Source: Pavona decussata | Taxonomy: Eukaryota | NCBI GenBank assembly: GCA_977016875.1 | Contig: CDRNST010000119.1 | Coordinates: forward strand, 744,001 to 808,000 | Direction of reading: 5' to 3' | DNA length: 64,000 bases | Part shown: piece by piece, positions 49,127 through 61,100 of the stretch | Numbering within the stretch: position 1 is the first letter of the stretch | How the letters are laid out: every line of letters starts with the position of its first letter | Program-made: the position numbers and the translations under genes | The notes under the pieces: generated by a model | Told to the model about the DNA's origin: nothing | The model's input: the letters and a program-made list of their open reading frames with translations, nothing else | Databases searched by the model: none

Positions 49127-52100
49127 CTAAAATGGAAAAAATGAATAAATGAAGAATGATGTAATTAATAGTAAAGTAGAAAACTTGACTATTAATTTTG
49201 ACAATTTTCCTGTCACCTGTCCTTTTTCTGGGAGCTTAACGAGACGTGCTGTCCAAATGCAAACATAGCATAAACTACGACGTCTTTTGATCTAGTTCAA
49301 ATAAAATGCTTTTGTAAGATGTTTTGGCACTACCTGTTTGGAAGAAGCGGAGTAAAATTTACTTATCTTTTTCACAGTAAATGCAAAGACATCGTAATTG
49401 TAATCGTAATTGCAGATGTTGGGGAGTGTTAGTACAATTAGTATTTGTATTATAAAGGCTGCTTTCTCTCTTATAATTGAATAGAGATACGATTATAAAA
49501 ATACTCTAAACTTAACCAACAAAAGCATAAGTTAATGATCAGATTAGAGATTTCCGTTTTATATAATTGAATAAGGGACTTGTTGTTTTTTTTTTACAGG
49601 AAGGTAACAAGAGGCTGTTCTTTTTGTTGCCTGGAGTCAGCATCAATGTACATTCCATAGACAGGACTCTCAGACTGGAATTGTGCACGAAGGTGTTTCT
49701 GTACCATTTGTCTACTGAAACCATAGACTTTCTGTTCTAGTTCCCTCTCATGCCAAGGTAATAAAGCAATCAGACGGCCTTCGTGCTGTATCCATTCAGG
49801 ATATCCTCCTTGTCACAACTGGCCAATATTAACAATGGAACTCTGACAAGACAACGTCATAAGTTGTATCAACATCAATTCCAATCAAATGGTTTATGGT
49901 GAAACTGCAGTTCAGAGGCCCAATGTGCTGCTCTCTTGCTATCCTCTGAAGGGCTAGCACGGGATTATCATAGCAGAACCTTATGAAGGCATGGCAATGT
50001 AGCGCCAGTAATGCATTCAGACTGAGATGGAATGGTCATCCCTCTTTTGCAATCTTGGGATCAAAAGGGGACATTAAAACCAACTTCTCCACACAGGTGC
50101 AGAAAATAGCATCTAGATTCTGAGCTCTCTCTCTGAAGGACATGTGGAGAACATAAACCAGAATTCTTTCAAGGGTCTTCCGTAATGGTCTGTAGGCTCG
50201 TTTCTTCCACCTCTGGAAGCTGGTAACAAAACTGTGCTTTTTCTTTATGAACAAATGAATCAAGGAAAAAGTGCACTGCCAGCATGGACCAGTGGCCTTT
50301 AAATAGCTTGAGAACATTGCCTGTGTCGTCATTCCTGGCATAGTGAACAGCACAGAGTTCAGGCGCATCCACACGATTTAATATTGTGTACAATGCGTTT
50401 TCCAAGGGTGTATCACTGGCTGGGTTTCCTCCAAGAATTATGCCATCACTGTCGTTTACCACAACTGTGTCGAGGTATGCAAAACATCCAAACGACCCCT
50501 TTCTGGAACAGAGGCTTGATAAGCACTTTGATCCAAGTATGGCTGGTGAAGCTCATCTCCAACTTTACACTCTGTGTAGTATGTCTGGAACAGCTTGTAA
50601 CGCATTTTTCACTTTCCTGTTGGTTAAGTGACTGAGCGGCTCATTACTAAACTCCAAAATCGGGAACTGTTGGACATTCTTATGCACCTTCATAGCATCA
50701 CCCAGGGCCGAGGCAGGGCTTCCAATGTCAATCTTCTCGTATAGAACTACAGCTATTCGAGGCCGCCTTGCTCATTGAGAAGCTGTTTTTTGCGATTCTG
50801 GTGCATCTTCTGGTTCGCCTGGCAAGGCCTTCATGGCTGTGCTAATCAGCTTGCCAACCTCACACGTTAGCTGAATGTTGAGTTAAAATTTCTGCTGTAT
50901 GGCCAGGCATAATTTATTTAGAACCTAAACAAAAAAATGTACAACTTACTCACCCATGGCTAGAGCTGTGTTTATTACCATAATGGTTATCATCATCATC
51001 GTGTCTTTTATTTAAACACAATAAAATTCGCGTCAAAAATTATATTCTCTTACTTCTTAGCCCTATAAAAAGAAAACTGTTTTTGTCTTGGAAATACAAC
51101 GCTGTACCTCGTTCCTGTACTTTGCAACAAGAAAGCCCGTTTCTGGGACTTTTTAGTTTAAATCGGTTAAAATAATAACATTATTTCATTTTGAGTCACA
51201 TCAATTTAAGACATTTGTTTTCTTTATCTGCTGAGCAACAACAATGGTTGAGGCATTTGTTGCACTTACTATGCGACAACTTACTAAGATGGAGAGTGCG
51301 TGTATTGCCTCATGCCTTATTTGCATCCTGCAATGTTGCTGGGAAATTTTCCGGAGCTCTTTTGATGGTGCTCAACTGGTCGTCAGAGAAAAGTGTTTTC
51401 CAGTGTCTTCCGTCTTCTGTGTAGCAAACAAGAAGTTCTTCATTTGCACGGATATTTCGCTTTGATTTGTTTCAAAGGAAACCCTTTCGCTTGGGAAACT
51501 GGCAGTTACCACGTTCAGCTATCAGCCTAGAGAACTTGGATCCTGCCAAGGAAAAAGGAAACAATCCGTCATTGCAATTTTTCCCCAACCCTGTTTCGTA
51601 CTCCTTTTCTGTGCTGTCAGTGTCCACGGAAAATCCCTTTTTTTTGGACAGTCACAAGGTAATCCCCAGATCTATTCGGATCATGCCAGCCTACAGTAGC
51701 TGTTGGTGCATAGGCAGAAACAAATGTGTCGGTAGGTATTGCTCAAACAGTAAAGAGCCCAGTGCCTGTACTTGCACCACCGATACCAATGCAAGTACTT
51801 TCACGAACCTGCAAGTGGTCCTCTGCTGTAGAAACAGGGGAATAATGGTGTCGCTCGCAATTTCTAAAATGGAAAAAATGAATAAATGAAGAATGATGTA
51901 ATTAATAGTAAAGTAGAAAACTTGACTATTAATTTTGACAATTTTCCTGTCACCTGTCCTTTTTCTGGGAGCTTAACGAGACGTGCTGTCCAAATGCAAA
52001 CATAGCATAAACTACGACGTCTTTTGATCTAGTTCAAATAAAATGCTTTTGTAAGATGTTTTGGCACTACCTGTTTGAAAGAAGCGGAGTAAAATTTACT

Positions 52101-55100
52101 TATCTTTTTCACAGTAAATGCAAAGACATCGTAATTGTAATCGTAATTACAGATGTTGGGGAGTGTTAGTACAATTAGTATTTGTATTATAAAGGCTGCT
52201 TTCTCTCTTATAATTGAATAGAGATACGATTATAAAAATACTCTAAACTTAACCAACAAAAGCATAAGTTAATGATCAGATTAGAGATTTCCGTTTTATA
52301 TAATTGAATAAGGGACTTGTTGTTTTTTTTTTACAGGAAGGTAACAAGAGGCTGTTCTTTTTGTTGCCTGGAGTCAGCATCAATGTACATTCCATAGACA
52401 GGACTCTCAGACTGGAATTGTGCACGAAGGTGTTTCTGTACCATTTGTCTACTGAAACCATAGACTTTCTGTTCTAGTTCCCTCTCATGCCAAGGTAATA
52501 AAGCAATCAGACGGCCTTCGTGCTGTATCCATTCAGGATATCCTCCTTGTCACAACTGGCCAATATTAACAATGGAACTCTGACAAGACAACGTCATAAG
52601 TTGTATCAACATCAATTCCAATCAAATGGTTTATGGTGAAACTGCAGTTCAGAGGCCCAATGTGCTGCTCTCTTGCTATCCTCTGAAGGGCTAGCACGGG
52701 ATTATCATAGCAGAACCTTATGAAGGCATGGCAATGTAGCGCCAGTAATGCATTCAGACTGAGATGGAATGGTCATCCCTCTTTTGCAATCTTGGGATCA
52801 AAAGGGGACATTAAAACCAACTTCTCCACACAGGTGCAGAAAATAGCATCTAGATTCTGAGCTCTCTCTCTGAAGGACATGTGGAGAACATAAACCAGAA
52901 TTCTTTCAAGGGTCTTCCGTAATGGTCTGTAGGCTCGTTTCTTCCACCTCTGGAAGCTGGTAACAAAACTGTGCTTTTTCTTTATGAACAAATGAATCAA
53001 GGAAAAAGTGCACTGCCAGCATGGACCAGTGGCCTTTAAATAGCTTGAGAACATTGCCTGTGTCGTCATTCCTGGCATAGTGAACAGCACAGAGTTCAGG
53101 CGCATCCACACGATTTAATATTGTGTACAATGCGTTTTCCAAGGGTGTATCACTGGCTGGGTTTCCTCCCAGAATTATGCCATCACTGTCGTTTACCACA
53201 ACTGTGTCGAGGTATGCAAAACATCCAAACGACCCCTTTCTGGAACAGAGGCTTGATAAGCACTTTGATCCAAGTATGGCTGGTGAAGCTCATCTCCAAC
53301 TTTACACTCTGTGTAGTATGTCTGGAACAGCTTGTAACGCATTTTTCACTTTCCTGTTGGTTAAGTGACTGAGCGGCTCATTACTAAACTCCAAAATCGG
53401 GAACTGTTGGACATTCTTATGCACCTTCATAGCATCACCCAGGGCCGAGGCAGGGCTTCCAATGTCAATCTTCTCGTATAGAACTACAGCTATTCGAGGC
53501 CGCCTTGCTCATTGAGAAGCTGTTTTTTGCGATTCTGGTGCATCTTCTGGTTCGCCTGGCAAGGCCTTCATGGCTGTGCTAATCAGCTTGCCAACCTCAC
53601 ACGTTAGCTGAATGTTGAGTTAAAATTTCTGCTGTATGGCCAGGCATAATTTATTTAGAACCTAAACAAAAAAATGTACAACTTACTCACCCATGGCTAG
53701 AGCTGTGTTTATTACCATAATGGTTATCATCATCATCGTGTCTTTTATTTAAACACAATAAAATTCGCGTCAAAAATTATATTCTCTTACTTCTTAGCCC
53801 TATAAAAAGAAAACTGTTTTTGTCTTGGAAATACAACGCTGTACCTCGTTCCTGTACTTTGCAACAAGAAAGCCCGTTTCTGGGACTTTTTAGTTTAAAT
53901 CGGTTAAAATAATAACATTATTTCATTTTGAGTCACATCAATTTAAGACATTTGTTTTCTTTATCTGCTGAGCAACAACAATGGTTGAGGCATTTGTTGC
54001 ACTTACTATGCGACAACTTACTAAGATGGAGAGTGCGTGTATTGCCTCATGCCTTATTTGCATCCTGCAATGTTGCTGGGAAATTTTCCGGAGCTCTTTT
54101 GATGGTGCTCAACTGGTCGTCAGAGAAAAGTGTTTTCCAGTGTCTTCCGTCTTCTGTGTAGCAAACAAGAAGTTCTTCATTTGCACGGATATTTCGCTTT
54201 GATTTGTTTCAAAGGAAACCCTTTCGCTTGGGAAACTGGCAGTTACCACGTTCAGCTATCAGCCTAGAGAACTTGGATCCTGCCAAGGAAAAAGGAAACA
54301 ATCCGTCATTGCAATTTTTCCCCAACCCTGTTTCGTACTCCTTTTCTGTGCTGTCAGTGTCCACGGAAAATCCCTTTTTTTTGGACAGTCACAAGGTAAT
54401 CCCCAGATCTATTCGGATCATGCCAGCCTACAGTAGCTGTTGGTGCATAGGCAGAAACAAATGTGTCGGTAGGTATTGCTCAAACAGTAAAGAGCCCAGT
54501 GCCTGTACTTGCACCACCGATACCAATGCAAGTACTTTCACGAACCTGCAAGTGGTCCTCTGCTGTAGAAACAGGGGAATAATGGTGTCGCTCGCAATTT
54601 CTAAAATGGAAAAAATGAATAAATGAAGAATGATGTAATTAATAGTAAAGTAGAAAACTTGACTATTAATTTTGACAATTTTCCTGTCACCTGTCCTTTT
54701 TCTGGGAGCTTAACGAGACGTGCTGTCCAAATGCAAACATAGCATAAACTACGACGTCTTTTGATCTAGTTCAAATAAAATGCTTTTGTAAGATGTTTTG
54801 GCACTACCTGTTTGGAAGAAGCGGAGTAAAATTTACTTATCTTTTTCACAGTAAATGCAAAGACATCGTAATTGTAATCGTAATTACAGATGTTGGGGAG
54901 TGTTAGTACAATTAGTATTTGTATTATAAAGGCTGCTTTCTCTCTTATACTTGAATAGAGATACGATTATAAAAATACTCTAAACTTAACCAACAAAAGC
55001 ATAAGTTAATGATCAGATTAGAGATTTCCGTTTTATATAATTGAATAAGGGACTTGTTGTTTTTTTTTTACAGGAAGGTAACAAGAGGCTGTTCTTTTTG

Positions 55101-58100
55101 TTGCCTGGAGTCAGCATCAATGTACATTCCATAGACAGGACTCTCAGACTGGAATTGTGCACGAAGGTGTTTCTGTACCATTTGTCTACTGAAACCATAG
55201 ACTTTCTGTTCTAGTTCCCTCTCATGCCAAGGTAATAAAGCAATCAGACGGCCTTCGTGCTGTATCCATTCAGGATATCCTCCTTGTCACAACTGGCCAA
55301 TATTAACAATGGAACTCTGACAAGACAACGTCATAAGTTGTATCAACATCAATTCCAATCAAATGGTTTATGGTGAAACTGCAGTTCAGAGGCCCAATGT
55401 GCTGCTCTCTTGCTATCCTCTGAAGGGCTAGCACGGGATTATCATAGCAGAACCTTATGAAGGCATGGCAATGTAGCGCCAGTAATGCATTCAGACTGAG
55501 ATGGAATGGTCATCCCTCTTTTGCAATCTTGGGATCAAAAGGGGACATTAAAACCAACTTCTCCACACAGGTGCAGAAAATAGCATCTAGATTCTGAGCT
55601 CTCTCTCTGAAGGACATGTGGAGAACATAAACCAGAATTCTTTCAAGGGTCTTCCGTAATGGTCTGTAGGCTCGTTTCTTCCACCTCTGGAAGCTGGTAA
55701 CAAAACTGTGCTTTTTCTTTATGAACAAATGAATCAAGGAAAAAGTGCACTGCCAGCATGGACCAGTGGCCTTTAAATAGCTTGAGAACATTGCCTGTGT
55801 CGTCATTCCTGGCATAGTGAACAGCACAGAGTTCAGGCGCATCCACACGATTTAATATTGTGTACAATGCGTTTTCCAAGGGTGTATCACTGGCTGGGTT
55901 TCCTCCAAGAATTATGCCATCACTGTCGTTTACCACAACTGTGTCGAGGTATGCAAAACATCCAAACGACCCCTTTCTGGAACAGAGGCTTGATAAGCAC
56001 TTTGATCCAAGTATGGCTGGTGAAGCTCATCTCCAACTTTACACTCTGTGTAGTATGTCTGGAACAGCTTGTAACGCATTTTTCACTTTCCTGTTGGTTA
56101 AGTGACTGAGCGGCTCATTACTAAACTCCAAAATCGGGAACTGTTGGACATTCTTATGCACCTTCATAGCATCACCCAGGGCCGAGGCAGGGCTTCCAAT
56201 GTCAATCTTCTCGTATAGAACTACAGCTATTCGAGGCCGCCTTGCTCATTGAGAAGCTGTTTTTTGCGATTCTGGTGCATCTTCTGGTTCGCCTGGCAAG
56301 GCCTTCATGGCTGTGCTAATCAGCTTGCCAACCTCACACGTTAGCTGAATGTTGAGTTAAAATTTCTGCTGTATGGCCAGGCATAATTTATTTAGAACCT
56401 AAACAAAAAAATGTACAACTTACTCACCCATGGCTAGAGCTGTGTTTATTACCATAATGGTTATCATCATCATCGTGTCTTTTATTTAAACACAATAAAA
56501 TTCGCGTCAAAAATTATATTCTCTTACTTCTTAGCCCTATAAAAAGAAAACTGTTTTTGTCTTGGAAATACAACGCTGTACCTCGTTCCTGTACTTTGCA
56601 ACAAGAAAGCCCGTTTCTGGGACTTTTTAGTTTAAATCGGTTAAAATAATAACATTATTTCATTTTGAGTCACATCAATTTAAGACATTTGTTTTCTTTA
56701 TCTGCTGAGCAACAACAATGGTTGAGGCATTTGTTGCACTTACTATGCGACAACTTACTAAGATGGAGAGTGCGTGTATTGCCTCATGCCTTATTTGCAT
56801 CCTGCAATGTTGCTGGGAAATTTTCCGGAGCTCTTTTGATGGTGCTCAACTGGTCGTCAGAGAAAAGTGTTTTCCAGTGTCTTCCGTCTTCTGTGTAGCA
56901 AACAAGAAGTTCTTCATTTGCACGGATATTTCGCTTTGACTTGTTTCAAAGGAAACCCTTTCGCTTGGGAAACTGGCAGTTACCACGTTCAGCTATAAGC
57001 CTAGAGAACTTGGATCCTGCCAAGGAAAAAGGAAACAATCCGTCATTGCAATTTTTCCCCAACCCTGTCTCGTACTCCTTTTCTGTGCTGTCAGTGTCCA
57101 CGGAAAATCCCTTTTTTTTGGACAGTCACAAGGTAATCCCCAGATCTATTCGGATCATGCCAGCCTACAGTAGCTGTTGGTGCATAGGCAGAAACAAATG
57201 TGTCGGTAGGTATTGCTCAAACAGTAAAGAGCCCAGTGCCTGTACTTGCACCACCGATACCAATGCAAGTACTTTCACGAACCTGCAAGTGGTCCTCTGC
57301 TGTAGAAACAGGGGAATAATGGTGTCGCTCGCAATTTCTAAAATGGAAAAAATGAATAAATGAAGAATGATGTAATTAATAGTAAAGTAGAAAACTTGAC
57401 TATTAATTTTGACAATTTTCCTGTCACCTGTCCTTTTTCTGGGAGCTTAACGAGACGTGCTGTCCAAATGCAAACATAGCATAAACTACGACGTCTTTTG
57501 ATCTAGTTCAAATAAAATGCTTTTGTAAGATGTTTTGGCACTACCTGTTTGGAAGAAGCGGAGTAAAATTTACTTATCTTTTTCACAGTAAATGCAAAGA
57601 CATCGTAATTGTAATCGTAATTACAGATGTTGGGGAGTGTTAGTACAATTAGTATTTGTATTATAAAGGCTGCTTTCTCTCTTATACTTGAATAGAGATA
57701 CGATTATAAAAATACTCTAAACTTAACCAACAAAAGCATAAGTTAATGATCAGATTAGAGATTTCCGTTTTATATAATTGAATAAGGGACTTGTTGTTTT
57801 TTTTTTACAGGAAGGTAACAAGAGGCTGTTCTTTTTGTTGCCTGGAGTCAGCATCAATGTACATTCCATAGACAGGACTCTCAGACTGGAATTGTGCACG
57901 AAGGTGTTTCTGTACCATTTGTCTACTGAAACCATAGACTTTCTGTTCTAGTTCCCTCTCATGCCAAGGTAATAAAGCAATCAGACGGCCTTCGTGCTGT
58001 ATCCATTCAGGATATCCTCCTTGTCACAACTGGCCAATATTAACAATGGAACTCTGACAAGACAACGTCATAAGTTGTATCAACATCAATTCCAATCAAA

Positions 58101-61100
58101 TGGTTTATGGTGAAACTGCAGTTCAGAGGCCCAATGTGCTGCTCTCTTGCTATCCTCTGAAGGGCTAGCACGGGATTATCATAGCAGAACCTTATGAAGG
58201 CATGGCAATGTAGCGCCAGTAATGCATTCAGACTGAGATGGAATGGTCATCCCTCTTTTGCAATCTTGGGATCAAAAGGGGACATTAAAACCAACTTCTC
58301 CACACAGGTGCAGAAAATAGCATCTAGATTCTGAGCTCTCTCTCTGAAGGACATGTGGAGAACATAAACCAGAATTCTTTCAAGGGTCTTCCGTAATGGT
58401 CTGTAGGCTCGTTTCTTCCACCTCTGGAAGCTGGTAACAAAACTGTGCTTTTTCTTTATGAACAAATGAATCAAGGAAAAAGTGCACTGCCAGCATGGAC
58501 CAGTGGCCTTTAAATAGCTTGAGAACATTGCCTGTGTCGTCATTCCTGGCATAGTGAACAGCACAGAGTTCAGGCGCATCCACACGATTTAATATTGTGT
58601 ACAATGCGTTTTCCAAGGGTGTATCACTGGCTGGGTTTCCTCCAAGAATTATGCCATCACTGTCGTTTACCACAACTGTGTCGAGGTATGCAAAACATCC
58701 AAACGACCCCTTTCTGGAACAGAGGCTTGATAAGCACTTTGATCCAAGTATGGCTGGTGAAGCTCATCTCCAACTTTACACTCTGTGTAGTATGTCTGGA
58801 ACAGCTTGTAACGCATTTTTCACTTTCCTGTTGGTTAAGTGACTGAGCGGCTCATTACTAAACTCCAAAATCGGGAACTGTTGGACATTCTTATGCACCT
58901 TCATAGCATCACCCAGGGCCGAGGCAGGGCTTCCAATGTCAATCTTCTCGTATAGAACTACAGCTATTCGAGGCCGCCTTGCTCATTGAGAAGCTGTTTT
59001 TTGCGATTCTGGTGCATCTTCTGGTTCGCCTGGCAAGGCCTTCATGGCTGTGCTAATCAGCTTGCCAACCTCACACGTTAGCTGAATGTTGAGTTAAAAT
59101 TTCTGCTGTATGGCCAGGCATAATTTATTTAGAACCTAAACAAAAAAATGTACAACTTACTCACCCATGGCTAGAGCTGTGTTTATTACCATAATGGTTA
59201 TCATCATCATCGTGTCTTTTATTTAAACACAATAAAATTCGCGTCAAAAATTATATTCTCTTACTTCTTAGCCCTATAAAAAGAAAACTGTTTTTGTCTT
59301 GGAAATACAACGCTGTACCTCGTTCCTGTACTTTGCAACAAGAAAGCCCGTTTCTGGGACTTTTTAGTTTAAATCGGTTAAAATAATAACATTATTTCAT
59401 TTTGAGTCACATCAATTTAAGACATTTGTTTTCTTTATCTGCTGAGCAACAACAATGGTTGAGGCATTTGTTGCACTTACTATGCGACAACTTACTAAGA
59501 TGGAGAGTGCGTGTATTGCCTCATGCCTTATTTGCATCCTGCAATGTTGCTGGGAAATTTTCCGGAGCTCTTTTGATGGTGCTCAACTGGTCGTCAGAGA
59601 AAAGTGTTTTCCAGTGTCTTCCGTCTTCTGTGTAGCAAACAAGAAGTTCTTCATTTGCACGGATATTTCGCTTTGATTTGTTTCAAAGGAAACCCTTTCG
59701 CTTGGGAAACTGGCAGTTACCACGTTCAGCTATCAGCCTAGAGAACTTGGATCCTGCCAAGGAAAAAGGAAACAATCCGTCATTGCAATTTTTCCCCAAC
59801 CCTGTTTCGTACTCCTTTTCTGTGCTGTCAGTGTCCACGGAAAATCCCTTTTTTTTGGACAGTCACAAGGTAATCCCCAGATCTATTCGGATCATGCCAG
59901 CCTACAGTAGCTGTTGGTGCATAGGCAGAAACAAATGTGTCGGTAGGTATTGCTCAAACAGTAAAGAGCCCAGTGCCTGTACTTGCACCACCGATACCAA
60001 TGCAAGTACTTTCACGAACCTGCAAGTGGTCCTCTGCTGTAGAAACAGGGGAATAATGGTGTCGCTCGCAATTTCTAAAATGGAAAAAATGAATAAATGA
60101 AGAATGATGTAATTAATAGTAAAGTAGAAAACTTGACTATTAATTTTGACAATTTTCCTGTCACCTGTCCTTTTTCTGGGAGCTTAACGAGACGTGCTGT
60201 CCAAATGCAAACATAGCATAAACTACGACGTCTTTTGATCTAGTTCAAATAAAATGCTTTTGTAAGATGTTTTGGCACTACCTGTTTGGAAGAAGCGGAG
60301 TAAAATTTACTTATCTTTTTCACAGTAAATGCAAAGACATCGTAATTGTAATCGTAATTACAGATGTTGGGGAGTGTTAGTACAATTAGTATTTGTATTA
60401 TAAAGGCTGCTTTCTCTCTTATACTTGAATAGAGATACGATTATAAAAATACTCTAAACTTAACCAACAAAAGCATAAGTTAATGATCAGATTAGAGATT
60501 TCCGTTTTATATAATTGAATAAGGGACTTGTTGTTTTTTTTTTACAGGAAGGTAACAAGAGGCTGTTCTTTTTGTTGCCCGGAGTCAGCATCAATGTACA
60601 TTCCATAGACAGGACTCTCAGACTGGAATTGTGCACGAAGGTGTTTCTGTACCATTTGTCTACTGAAACCATAGACTTTCTGTTCTAGTTCCCTCTCATG
60701 CCAAGGTAATAAAGCAATCAGACGGCCTTCGTGCTGTATCCATTCAGGATATCCTCCTTGTCACAACTGGCCAATATTAACAATGGAACTCTGACAAGAC
60801 AACGTCATAAGTTGTATCAACATCAATTCCAATCAAATGGTTTATGGTGAAACTGCAGTTCAGAGGCCCAATGTGCTGCTCTCTTGCTATCCTCTGAAGG
60901 GCTAGCACGGGATTATCATAGCAGAACCTTATGAAGGCATGGCAATGTAGCGCCAGTAATGCATTCAGACTGAGATGGAATGGTCATCCCTCTTTTGCAA
61001 TCTTGGGATCAAAAGGGGACATTAAAACCAACTTCTCCACACAGGTGCAGAAAATAGCATCTAGATTCTGAGCTCTCTCTCTGAAGGACATGTGGAGAAC

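Noticed and set aside
48454-49152. Plus-strand ORFs of 77, 73 and 140 aa repeated in every array unit
   Set aside because: They are antisense shadows of the SET exon, with non-ATG starts for two of them and no motifs; their recurrence only reflects the DNA repeat.
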